Virus record (IMG/VR): IMGVR_UViG_3300042874_000108
Coordinates: 1 to 51,001 of that record
DNA length: 51,001 nt
Direction: 5' to 3' (one strand)
DNA from: a virus
Taxonomy: Duplodnaviria; Caudoviricetes
In this document: piece by piece, positions 1 through 8,630 of the stretch
Position numbering within the stretch: the first letter of the stretch is position 1
Layout of the letters: each line of letters begins with the position of its first letter
Notes under the pieces: generated by a model
Seen by the model: only the letters and a program-made list of their open reading frames with translations
Databases searched by the model: none
Told to the model about the DNA's origin: nothing
Made by a program: the position numbers and the translations under genes

Positions 1-241
1 CGCCCTGAGTGGCGTTGGTGGCCTCTGGTACGCCCTGAGTGGCGTTGGTGGCCTCTGGTACGCCCTGAGTGGCGTTGGTGGCCTCTGGTACGCCCTGAGT
101 GGCGTTGGTGGCCTCTGGTACGCCCTGAGTGGCGTTGGTGGCCTCTGGTACGCCCTGGGTGGCATGTGGCGCCTCTGGTGCGCCCTGAGCGCCCTGGGTG
201 GCATGTGGCGCCTCTGGTGCGCCCTGAGCGCCCTGGGTGGC
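1..241. repeat. Left-end tandem repeat: five exact copies of a 30-bp unit, then two-plus copies of a related 39-bp unit
   Basis: CGCCCTGAGTGGCGTTGGTGGCCTCTGGTA x5 at 1-150; CGCCCTGGGTGGCATGTGGCGCCTCTGGTGCGCCCTGAG at 151-189 and 190-228, partial copy to ~241. Confidence 0.95.
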
Positions 242-902
242 TTGTGGTGCCATCCCTGCGGCCTCACACAGTGCCGCATGGCTCAGTGGGGAGGGCTTGC
301 GCCATCGCCCGTCTGTGCGCACGGTTACTGCGAGCACGCACATGGCGGCATCCGGGTCATGAGCACAAAGGGCCAGGGCCTGTTCGATTGCGGTCTCCAA
401 CTGAAGTATGCGCTCGGCCTTGGTCTGATACGGACGCGGGGCCTGGGTCTTCTGGTCTAGTTGCATTGCGTGTTCCTCCTGGGCATTGTTCCGGTTGGGT
501 ACTCTACTCTATTGATATATATAAAGAAAGTAGGAATATATAGTATACACCCGGTACGGTCAAGCCGCCGCCGCCAGCGCACCGTAGCAGGGGACTGGCG
601 GTAGGCGTGTGCTATGCTACCAGGCTTCCCGGAGCGATTGGGCGATAGCGGGTACTAGGGTACTCCTCCCCTCGACTGCTGAAGCCCGCGCCAGCATTGG
701 GTTTGCGGGCACCCAAGACGGCACCCAGGACACGACCGTACCGGGGTACTTGGCCCCCCCCCATAGCACGTGTTTCCTCTTTTTGCGTCAAATAGTAAGT
801 TACATCGCCAATAAAAGCCATCAAAAGTATGCGCTCAAAAGAATGCTTGCGCCTTTTTGAAACCAGTGGTAAGTTACAATCCCCATAAACTGGAGCGAGA
901 AA

Positions 903-1649
903 ATGCCCGATCTAACTTTCTCCGCAATACGCTACGCGCTAAATATTACTATTAGCGCTGCTGCTGCGCGACTGTGCGTCTCCTTCAGCACCTACGTGCG
1001 CTGGGAACGGGGCGGCCCTGCTGACCCGCTTGAGGCCTGGGCGGCCGTCGCCACTGGCGAGCCGTGCCAGCCTAAGAGCCCCGCGGCCATCCGGTCCGCC
1101 CGGCGCGCAGCTGGCCTGACCCAGGAACAAGCGGCCGAGCTGGCAGGGGTGGAGCGGGTCGCGTGGGGCCGGTGGGAATGCGGGCAGGCCCGCGCGCCGG
1201 CCTGGCGCCTTGTGCTGTTTGCCGCGCGCTTGCCCCCGTCCCCCGCCACTGAGGCCCCGCCCTCGGAGCCTTGGGAGCCGCCGTCACGCGAGGTCATCCG
1301 GGACGCCCGGCGCGCGGCCGGTCTGACCCCCGAACAGGCGTCGGCGCTGGTCTACCTGCCACGCCTGACTGACTGGGAAGCGGCCGAACGTCCCGACCTG
1401 GATGCGCCACTATCGCGCCGGACGTGGGAATTGTGGCAGTACAAGTCGGTCGCGCCGCTGCGCGCTGCGCCAGGTCTGCCACAGCCCGGCGCGCTGGCGG
1501 CCATGAGGCGAGCGGCCGGCATGACCCAAGCGCAGGCGGCGACGGCTGTTGATGCGACGCGGCACGCATGGGAGGCGTGGGAATCGGGTCGCAACCCCAT
1601 TAACCGCGCGGCCTGGGAACTGTGGCTGTATAAGGTTAGTGCCCACTAA
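903..1649 (+). CDS. Transcriptional regulator with four tandem XRE/Cro-like HTH domains
   Basis: GGAG RBS; four repeats of the (I/M)RxxRxxxG(L/M)TQxxAA...WxxWExG pattern. Confidence 0.8.
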   Translation: MPDLTFSAIRYALNITISAAAARLCVSFSTYVRWERGGPADPLEAWAAVATGEPCQPKSPAAIRSARRAAGLTQEQAAELAGVERVAWGRWECGQARAPAWRLVLFAARLPPSPATEAPPSEPWEPPSREVIRDARRAAGLTPEQASALVYLPRLTDWEAAERPDLDAPLSRRTWELWQYKSVAPLRAAPGLPQPGALAAMRRAAGMTQAQAATAVDATRHAWEAWESGRNPINRAAWELWLYKVSAH

Positions 1650-1656
1650 CGCCTGC

Positions 1657-1803
1657 TGTCGGAAAACTTTACACCGTACTGTCGGATTACTTTACACTCC
1701 GTAAGTTACTGAAGCCGCGCAGTAACTTACTTTCCCGGTTAGTCGCCACTAACTGTAAAGTTACCCGACAAGTTACCGGCCAAAAACGTCGGAAAACTTT
1801 ACA
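1657..1803. promoter_or_regulatory. Cluster of 17-bp TGT-N11-ACA sites (putative upstream activator sequences) plus palindromes
   Basis: TGTCGGAAAACTTTACA 1657-1673, TGTCGGATTACTTTACA 1680-1696, inverted copy 1754-1770, CGTCGGAAAACTTTACA 1787-1803; inverted repeat GTAAGTTACTG/CAGTAACTTAC 1701-1730. Confidence 0.7.
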
Positions 1804-1879
1804 TTCTAGCGCCACATCTGCGGCCATCTGAGGCCGCCGGGCGCCCACAATTCCGCGCTCTCAAAATAAATCCCCTATA

Positions 1880-1892
1880 AATCAACGGCTTA
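1880..1892 (+). promoter_or_regulatory. IHF binding site
   Basis: AATCAACGGCTTA matches WATCAANNNNTTR exactly, has an upstream A-tract, and lies between the putative enhancer and the sigma54 site. Confidence 0.7.
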
Positions 1893-1910
1893 CAGCGGGT
1901 GCCGCCTAGT

Positions 1911-1926
1911 TGGCATGCGCCCTGCT
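1911..1926 (+). promoter_or_regulatory. Sigma54 (-24/-12) promoter for the early gene cluster
   Basis: TGGCATGCGCCCTGCT has GG-N10-GC spacing and is close to TGGCACG-N4-TTGCW; ~50 bp before the first early ORF. Confidence 0.7.
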
Positions 1927-1976
1927 ATACCTATGGTATGGCGCTAGATTGCGCTGGAGATTACAGGATCAGCATC

Positions 1977-2168
1977 ATGACCAGCTACGCACTCACTCAC
2001 CCTGACGCCTGCCTCGCGGTTTGGCTCGCCTACCGTCTGCGCGGCGCGGACAGCGCCCACACCACCCGCATCCTCAATGAGTCGGGATGCCCGCGCGGCC
2101 TGTTTGTGCTCGCCACCGTGTTGCTGGCGGCTACCGCGCCCGGCGCGATCACTGACCTGGAGGCGTGA
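1977..2168 (+). CDS. Hypothetical early protein
   Basis: First ORF of a tightly packed + strand run; start codon chosen by position. Confidence 0.5.
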   Translation: MTSYALTHPDACLAVWLAYRLRGADSAHTTRILNESGCPRGLFVLATVLLAATAPGAITDLEA

Positions 2169-2172
2169 CATC

Positions 2173-2358
2173 ATGAAACCCAAACATTACGACGTAGGCG
2201 ATAACAGCGCCAGCATGGAACGACTATCCCCGTCCGGCATGTACCTGATCGAATGCCGCGTGCGCGGCGAGTTGTACGACAAAGTGCGATGCGATGACTA
2301 CCAGGACGCGCTTTGGTACTTCACCTCATTCAAGGCGATTGCGAGGGGCGCGGCATGA
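2173..2358 (+). CDS. Hypothetical early protein
   Basis: GGAGG RBS, ATG 2173, ATGA overlap with next gene. Confidence 0.65.
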   Translation: MKPKHYDVGDNSASMERLSPSGMYLIECRVRGELYDKVRCDDYQDALWYFTSFKAIARGAA

Positions 2359-2714
2359 TTACCACGATCAATGGTGTGGACGCCATCGCCAGACTGGGCA
2401 ATGGCGAGTTCCGGGCTCACCGCCAGAAAACTTTCTGGGTTGGCGATTTTCCAACCTTCTCGGCGGCCAGACGCGCCCTGCAAATTGCAAACAGCGCTTA
2501 CGCGGACGAAGGCCAGCGCGGGATATATGACGGCGGCGCAGGGGCAACGGAACAGCAGCATAACCAGGCAATAGCCGCCTTTTTTTCTGGCGACCCCTTC
2601 GGCGCCTCACAGCCGGTAACGCTTGACGACGTTCGCTGCACCGTTCTCCCGCACGAACCTTTTTCCTTGATCGGCGGATTGTTCCCTTCCCGCAACAAGG
2701 GGAATAAGCCATGA
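2355..2714 (+). CDS. Hypothetical early protein
   Basis: GAGGGG RBS, ATGA coupling at both ends. Confidence 0.65.
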   Translation: MITTINGVDAIARLGNGEFRAHRQKTFWVGDFPTFSAARRALQIANSAYADEGQRGIYDGGAGATEQQHNQAIAAFFSGDPFGASQPVTLDDVRCTVLPHEPFSLIGGLFPSRNKGNKP

Positions 2715-3376
2715 GCGACCCATTACGCACCCCGGCCCGCGTCTGGATCAAAACGCGCAAACCATACCAGCGTCACCGTCTGCAATCCTGGCTCACGGTC
2801 AGCAATGTGCGCGGGCCCGACGGCCAGATTTACACCGACGAGCGGGGCCAATACGGCGAGCATCTCGGCTTCGCCGATGAGCTGGCGCCGCGCGCAGTCC
2901 AGCACCGCGGATGGTACGTTGACGCCGATCAGTCCGATGCGATCCGGGGCAGTGTGACCCGTATCCACACAAGCCAAGGGGCCCTCTATGTGCCGGTAAC
3001 GGGTTACGCCAGCGGGGGCGGGACTACCCATTATTTGGCCGATGCCGAACGAGTTCCGCGCGGCTCCGATCGGGCCGCGCACGATGCTGCAATAGCGGAT
3101 GCGGCCAAACGTGCCGATCGTTGTGCCGAGATAGAAGCCGAGCGGGCGCACGACGAGGACGCTCGCTTCCGGGCCGAGCAGCAAGTCGAAGATGAGCGCG
3201 AAGCGATCGGCGAGGCCCGTGCGGCCGTTCACACACTAGCTGCCGAGCTTCGCAACACGCCGCATCTGCCGCCGGCAATCTGTCAAACCATCCGCGCCGC
3301 CATCAAAGCACGGCGTAAACAGGCATCCGCCAGCGTGGCGCGCATCCGCGCGCTTCGAGACAACATTTTGGAGTAA
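2711..3376 (+). CDS. Hypothetical early protein with C-terminal coiled coil
   Basis: 221-aa ORF, AAGGGG RBS, coupled to upstream gene. Confidence 0.7.
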   Translation: MSDPLRTPARVWIKTRKPYQRHRLQSWLTVSNVRGPDGQIYTDERGQYGEHLGFADELAPRAVQHRGWYVDADQSDAIRGSVTRIHTSQGALYVPVTGYASGGGTTHYLADAERVPRGSDRAAHDAAIADAAKRADRCAEIEAERAHDEDARFRAEQQVEDEREAIGEARAAVHTLAAELRNTPHLPPAICQTIRAAIKARRKQASASVARIRALRDNILE

Positions 3377-3381
3377 AAATC

Positions 3382-3828
3382 ATGAACCCAGCACAAACAT
3401 CCCTGTCCGCCATCCGCGGCATGCTCGCCGCGATCACTGTTGACTACGATCGCCTGGCGGAGCTGCGCGACGCCGAAGACCCTAACCCGGAAGACCTCGC
3501 CGAGCTCGCCGAGCTTGAGGCGGCCGCCGGCGAGTGTGCCAACGAAGACGACGCGCTCCAGCGTATTCAGGATGATCCTCTCAGCCTTCAGGTGCGTTCT
3601 GGCTGGTACTCGCCAGGACAGGACGTGCCCGCGCCGACGGAGTTCGAACTGCTTCTGGTCACTGGCGGCCCGGCTGTCCGAATCGTGGGCGAGCTGGACG
3701 AGCACGGCGCTCCGTTGCGCGCATGGATCGAATGGCAAGATTGGGGGACACCCTGGACACGGCATTACGAGCCCGGCATGGGCGACCTGTGCCTGGATTA
3801 CGCGACCCATTTTTACTTCGGGGACTGA
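3382..3828 (+). CDS. Hypothetical acidic phage protein (LLxTGGPAxRI...QDWGTPW motif)
   Basis: 148-aa ORF, GGAG RBS. Confidence 0.7.
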   Translation: MNPAQTSLSAIRGMLAAITVDYDRLAELRDAEDPNPEDLAELAELEAAAGECANEDDALQRIQDDPLSLQVRSGWYSPGQDVPAPTEFELLLVTGGPAVRIVGELDEHGAPLRAWIEWQDWGTPWTRHYEPGMGDLCLDYATHFYFGD

Positions 3829-3832
3829 AATC

Positions 3833-4135
3833 ATGAGCGCACATTGGGGCAAAAAAGACGATCCCTGGTTCATGGCGAAACTTTCCGGGGTTCACGCACG
3901 GGAGGCGGGAGAGATGCGTAAGGCCGCCAAGCGGCGCACGGATTTAGCGGCGAAGGGAATGCGCCCGGATCGATTTGTCGTGTGCAAATACGCCATTGAC
4001 GGGACGGGGGATCAGTGGGGACATCGTTACGGGGAAACCCTGGACGGGGCGCGCTGCTTGCGCACATACCCACCGGGAAAACATATCGAAAACGGCCGGG
4101 AGTATGTTTGGTCGTACTACGTCGATGAGAGGTAA
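3833..4135 (+). CDS. Hypothetical protein
   Basis: ATG 3833 just after upstream stop; fills the operon. Confidence 0.6.
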   Translation: MSAHWGKKDDPWFMAKLSGVHAREAGEMRKAAKRRTDLAAKGMRPDRFVVCKYAIDGTGDQWGHRYGETLDGARCLRTYPPGKHIENGREYVWSYYVDER

Positions 4136-4138
4136 ATC

Positions 4139-4321
4139 ATGGAAAACACAAGCGCCCTGACCGTCGCGGCCATCTGGCTCTCGGAGCTCGATCAGTCCGT
4201 AGCCGACGGCGACATAACGCAATACCGCGCAACATGCGATGTATTGAAAGTAATTTTGGCTGGCGGGCAGCCGCCGGAAGTCGCTCAACTTTTTGAGGAG
4301 TACATACAATGCCCGGCGTGA
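4139..4321 (+). CDS. Hypothetical protein
   Basis: GAGG RBS, 60 aa. Confidence 0.55.
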   Translation: MENTSALTVAAIWLSELDQSVADGDITQYRATCDVLKVILAGGQPPEVAQLFEEYIQCPA

Positions 4322-4632
4322 CCTTCGCCCTAAACGGCACAACCTACTGTGTCCTTCCAGAAAACGAAGCCAAGTGGCGCGCAGAAGCGGACAAAGCGGC
4401 GAAACCCTACCGCCGACGCCGGATCACGGCCGGGCCGCGCAGCTTTCCCTGGTTCCAGCCGGGTATGACGACGGGAGAATACATTGCGTGGTTTAAGAAG
4501 CACGGCGGCGCCGGGCCGTTGCTGATTGGCGAAACTTGGCCCGGCTGGAACCGCACGGCGCCGATGCTCGACCCGTCAATGCCGGAGTGCATCGAGTGGG
4601 AAGCCACCGACGCCACAGGGAGCTTGAAATGA
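4309..4632 (+). CDS. Hypothetical protein
   Basis: GAGGAG RBS, 107 aa. Confidence 0.6.
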   Translation: MPGVTFALNGTTYCVLPENEAKWRAEADKAAKPYRRRRITAGPRSFPWFQPGMTTGEYIAWFKKHGGAGPLLIGETWPGWNRTAPMLDPSMPECIEWEATDATGSLK

Positions 4633-4823
4633 AGGAACTCACCCACGCCCAAAAACGCGACCTAAGTAATGCCGCTCTGATCGAACTTATCGCGGCTGTG
4701 CTGGAATGCGAACGAAAATTTGCCGAACTAGAGCGGGAAGGCTGGCCGCCTATCACCCGGCGGCAAATAGTAAACCGGGTGCTGAAACTCATAGACGGGG
4801 CAAACAAAACATGGACTCTCTGA
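4629..4823 (+). CDS. Hypothetical protein
   Basis: GGGAG RBS, ATGA overlap. Confidence 0.55.
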   Translation: MKELTHAQKRDLSNAALIELIAAVLECERKFAELEREGWPPITRRQIVNRVLKLIDGANKTWTL

Positions 4824-4993
4824 CAAAAGCGCGAAACAGCGCACACCTCGCCGCCGACAGCCTACGCCGCGCCCTGGCCGACGCCGACCCGGTTGAAGGC
4901 CTCGTGCTGTTGAACCTGGTTGACCGGGCGGCCTGCCTGGTCGCGGCCATCAATACTTTGATAGAGGCAAAACATGAAGCCGCGATATATTGA
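4811..4993 (+). CDS. Hypothetical protein
   Basis: ATG 4811 with short overlaps to both neighbours. Confidence 0.5.
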   Translation: MDSLTKARNSAHLAADSLRRALADADPVEGLVLLNLVDRAACLVAAINTLIEAKHEAAIY

Positions 4994-5759
4994 CGACTAC
5001 CAATTTTTGTCAGGTTCCGTCCCCGACGCAATTTTGTTTTATCAAATAGGGCTCTTTTACGAAGTTTTCCGAGACGTTCCGCGAGTGGCGGCGTGGCTCC
5101 AACTTACAGTCACGCGGCGACAGGGGTTTGAGATGGTCGGGGTTCCGTTCCACTCCCTCGAAAACTCAATAGCCGCGCTGGTAAAACTCGGGCAAACCGT
5201 TGCCATCGCGGAGTTGCCTGGGGCCGCCATTGGAACTGAGTTCGTGCCACGTAGCATCGTGCGCGTGTACGCCCCGGCAATCGAGGACGCAATCAAACAA
5301 GCGAGGGAACGCCGCGCCCTGGCGCAAGATTTCTTCGCGGCAAACCCCGGCCAATGGTCGGTCGGCGACGGAAACACGCATTACACAAGCGACGGCCGAG
5401 AGGTCACAACACAACGCGCAAGGCTTGACTGCCGTAGTACAGGCGCAACCAAGGAGATAGACATGAGCACAAGGGGAAACCTGACACGCGAACAAGCAAT
5501 TGAAATTGTTGGGCTTGAGGCGGTTGCGAAAGTGGAGGACAAAAGCTGCGAACCAACGCACCGAGTAGGCTACAACGGAGCTTGCCAAGGCGACGATCTA
5601 ACCGAGTGGAGCGCGTGGGTTGGCTGCGAGGACAAAGGCGGTTACGACTGCACGCTTTTGGCTTATTACTACACTACAAACGAGGAGGATCAAGCGATTG
5701 CAGATGCGAGCGATGGTGCCGCGATTGATTGGGAAATTGCCGGTTACGAGGTGGCCTGA
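4974..5759 (+). CDS. MutS domain I (mismatch-recognition)-like protein, in frame with a downstream acidic protein that has its own probable start at 5463
   Basis: PDAILFYQIGLFYEVF...LTVT...MVGVP...LVKLGQTVAIAE follows the MutS-I pattern with the Phe-X-Glu motif; internal AAGGAG plus ATG at 5463. Confidence 0.75.
   Translation: MKPRYIDDYQFLSGSVPDAILFYQIGLFYEVFRDVPRVAAWLQLTVTRRQGFEMVGVPFHSLENSIAALVKLGQTVAIAELPGAAIGTEFVPRSIVRVYAPAIEDAIKQARERRALAQDFFAANPGQWSVGDGNTHYTSDGREVTTQRARLDCRSTGATKEIDMSTRGNLTREQAIEIVGLEAVAKVEDKSCEPTHRVGYNGACQGDDLTEWSAWVGCEDKGGYDCTLLAYYYTTNEEDQAIADASDGAAIDWEIAGYEVA
5345..5412 (+). repeat. 68-bp exact direct repeat, copy 1
   Basis: Identical to 5961-6028. Confidence 0.95.
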
Positions 5760-5960
5760 GATGACCGGATGGAGATTAACGTCGCGCCCATCACGGGGGG
5801 GGGCCTTCGGCACACCTGGCGAGCACGCCCTGTGGCTGGAACCAGGGAATGACCCGCAGTCTATATCACGTTCCAGGGGATACCGCGCGGGGCTAGCTGG
5901 GGAAGTGGCGTCCCCGCCAGAAAATGACTGAATAAGCCCCCCCCCGCCCAAACACCGAAG

Positions 5961-6028
5961 CCCCGGCCAATGGTCGGTCGGCGACGGAAACACGCATTAC
6001 ACAAGCGACGGCCGAGAGGTCACAACAC
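5961..6028 (+). repeat. 68-bp exact direct repeat, copy 2
   Basis: Identical to 5345-5412. Confidence 0.95.
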
Positions 6029-6045
6029 TACTCAAGGAGCAAAAC

Positions 6046-6285
6046 ATGACGCAAATAATCTGGAACGGGGTAGACAGTTACCTCGACCTCGATAGCGGCT
6101 GCTGGGACTACGACGTGACCTTCAACGCCGACGGCACAGCCACCCTGTACACGCCGCGCGATTCCTTCGACTCAATCTCCGTTGAGGAGGTCGAACGCGC
6201 CTCCGTTCCAGTCGATGACGACGGCGATTTAATACTCGACGGGCTTTACGTCACAACGGACTACCGCATCTGGCGCGCGCTTTGA
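6046..6285 (+). CDS. Hypothetical acidic protein
   Basis: AAGGAG RBS, 79 aa, last gene of the early cluster. Confidence 0.65.
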   Translation: MTQIIWNGVDSYLDLDSGCWDYDVTFNADGTATLYTPRDSFDSISVEEVERASVPVDDDGDLILDGLYVTTDYRIWRAL

Positions 6286-6290
6286 GCCTT

Positions 6291-8627
6291 TCAATCGGCC
6301 CCCCGCCCAAACGCGGCCCCCGCAGCCGGAACCCCCTGCGGCCCCGTGCCCGCCTGGGCGTCCTGGTACGCTTTGACTATCGCAGCCGCGCCCTTGAGGT
6401 CGGCGGCCCAGTGGTCAGCCTTGATAAAGATGGTCGGCTTCGATCCGTCTGGCAGCGGGTTGTTGACGCGGCCGTTGTTCAGCCCCTTGTGCCAATCGTA
6501 CCCCAGGCTCTTGAGCATATCGCGGCGTTTGTTGGGGGGCAAAACATGGTCGGCGCGTAGCCTAACGAGCAAATCATTGAGCGCACGGGAATTGATCCAG
6601 CCGCCGCAGAAGCCAGGCACACACTGGTCGATCATCTCCAATACTTCCTGCTCGATGCGGCCCAAACCGGCCTCGATGGCGGCCTTGGTGCTGCTGGTGA
6701 ACGGGGCAATGTGGCAATTCCGGGCGGGGTTGAGCGCGTCGGGTATCGCATACTGGCGCAGGAAATTATTGACAACGGCGTACCCCTCTTTGCGCAGCCA
6801 CTTGTACAAATCAGGGAAATAGGAGCCCCCCATCCCGTCTCGGACAATGTCCTCGCGGTTCTGCTGGGCCGAGAAAAACGGCGCGAACCGGCGGTCGTCC
6901 CGAGTCTTTCGAATGCCCGACTTGTGATTGGAGTTGATGATGAAATTGGCGCACATCTCGCGCGTCACCTGATTTTCCCCCTTCGCTTCGACCTCCAGCC
7001 ATTCGCCAGTAATCATGGGTTTCAGAGCCTCCATCACATCCTCGCGCTTCTCCGGCACATAGATGTCTTCGACCGCGATGAACAGCTTGCGGTACATCCA
7101 CCCATTGAACTTCGAAGCAATGTCGGCGGCCTTTGGAGTGTGGTAATACTCGCGCCCGACGCATTCAGCGACGCATTCGGAAAACAGCGTCTTGCCATTC
7201 CCAGGTGTCCCCTGGATGAAAGGCGCCCACTTGAATTTGACGCCGGGGTACTGAACCAGCGCAGCCATGTAGGCGAGCAGAATGTCCTGGTCGTCGTGAT
7301 CCGGCAATACTTTGTCGAGGTGGGCCAGGAAACGCGCCGGGTCGCCCTCGCGGCGCTCAGTCAGCACCGGAACCCACGTGTTGACCATCGCCCGCCCGTT
7401 GCGTATCACTATCTTGCTGGGGTCGAGATCGGGCCGGAAGCACGTCGTCCGCGCCTTCGGGTAGACCACCACTTGCGACTGTGTGAACGCTTCCCACGCA
7501 TCCTTCGACACTTTGGTGTTGCCCTGGTCGATCGGGAACGACCGTCCGCCGAAGCGCACCTTGAACTGCTCTGGCTTCAGTAGCCCCTCGCCCGGCACGA
7601 ATACTTGGTGAACGTCCTGCACGTACACGCATCCCCTGAACAGTACGGTCTGCTGCTCCGGCCAGCATAATCCGAGCGGGACAGCCTCGGGTTCGGCGCC
7701 CTCGACAATCACCGGGGCCGTGGCGGCCTCTGCCGGCCGCGCCCTGTAAACCTCGCGCGCCCCTGACGCCATCTTGAGAATCGTGGTCTGGATGTACTCC
7801 TGGCGCTCCCACTTGTCGCGCTTTAGCGCCGAGCGATCCATCAGCCGCCGCATCCGCTCGCAGTTGCGGCCCGTCCAGAATGCAAGATGGGACGCCAGCG
7901 CCATGTCCGCGCTGCTGGCGTCATAAGCCTGCCCAGATTTCGAGGGGTACGCCACCGCCAATACTTCAGCATTGGCCTCCCACAAATCCCGGAAGGTCGC
8001 TCGCTGGCTGAACGCGCTGGCGGCGCTGCCAGAGCGCAGGGCGCGAGCGATCAGGTCGTCGTCATCGGTTGGCCCCGCCCACTCCGGCGCCGGCTCGTTC
8101 GTCCAGTCGTCCCCGACGCCAAACTCGGACGGCGGGAACCAGGTGAAAATTGCGGCGTCGAGAGCCTTCGTGCAATCCGTGTCGGGGTCTCCCTTCGCAC
8201 CCGAGTGACCCAGCGCGATGAACCGCTTGGTGTGGTACAGCTCCAGTCCGAGCTGCACGTTTTTGCACCCGTGGTCTGGAATCGGCCCAGAGTACCGACC
8301 CCAGATGTGCAATCCCTTCCCCGACACTGATACTTCAACCATCGCGCCAGGAAACGCTGCGACCACTTTGAGCGCCTCGGCATCCCAGGTACGGGTGGCC
8401 ACGTCGTAGCAACCATCGAGGTCAATGCAAAAGTACGGGTCGGCGTCGGTAAGCACAAAGCCGATGGCGCGTTGAGTTGCCTTGGCTTCCTCGTAAGTCA
8501 CCCAGTAGCGTGAGTCCTGGGCGTCAATCACATCGCCGGTGGCGGGGTCGGTGGGCTTCTTGTCCCATTTGCCAGTCGCTTCGTCGAGCACGGGCAGGCA
8601 GGTGATGAATTGCTTGAGTGCGCGCAC
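6291..8627 (-). CDS. Primase-polymerase (AEP/NrS-1-like) fused to a DUF5906/SF3-type helicase
   Basis: CIDLDGC and SVSGKGLHIW prim-pol motifs, SADMALASHLAFWTG helix bundle, Walker A GTPGNGKT, Walker B IAVED, DDRRF. Confidence 0.85.
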   Translation of the reverse strand: MRALKQFITCLPVLDEATGKWDKKPTDPATGDVIDAQDSRYWVTYEEAKATQRAIGFVLTDADPYFCIDLDGCYDVATRTWDAEALKVVAAFPGAMVEVSVSGKGLHIWGRYSGPIPDHGCKNVQLGLELYHTKRFIALGHSGAKGDPDTDCTKALDAAIFTWFPPSEFGVGDDWTNEPAPEWAGPTDDDDLIARALRSGSAASAFSQRATFRDLWEANAEVLAVAYPSKSGQAYDASSADMALASHLAFWTGRNCERMRRLMDRSALKRDKWERQEYIQTTILKMASGAREVYRARPAEAATAPVIVEGAEPEAVPLGLCWPEQQTVLFRGCVYVQDVHQVFVPGEGLLKPEQFKVRFGGRSFPIDQGNTKVSKDAWEAFTQSQVVVYPKARTTCFRPDLDPSKIVIRNGRAMVNTWVPVLTERREGDPARFLAHLDKVLPDHDDQDILLAYMAALVQYPGVKFKWAPFIQGTPGNGKTLFSECVAECVGREYYHTPKAADIASKFNGWMYRKLFIAVEDIYVPEKREDVMEALKPMITGEWLEVEAKGENQVTREMCANFIINSNHKSGIRKTRDDRRFAPFFSAQQNREDIVRDGMGGSYFPDLYKWLRKEGYAVVNNFLRQYAIPDALNPARNCHIAPFTSSTKAAIEAGLGRIEQEVLEMIDQCVPGFCGGWINSRALNDLLVRLRADHVLPPNKRRDMLKSLGYDWHKGLNNGRVNNPLPDGSKPTIFIKADHWAADLKGAAAIVKAYQDAQAGTGPQGVPAAGAAFGRGAD

Positions 8628-8630
8628 GAG

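Noticed and set aside
1-241. CRISPR array at the left end
   Set aside because: Units are head-to-tail with no unique spacers
164-860. ORFs 164-460, 166-543, 609-860 and 612-824
   Set aside because: Largely translations of repeats or low-complexity DNA, with no RBS or recognisable motifs
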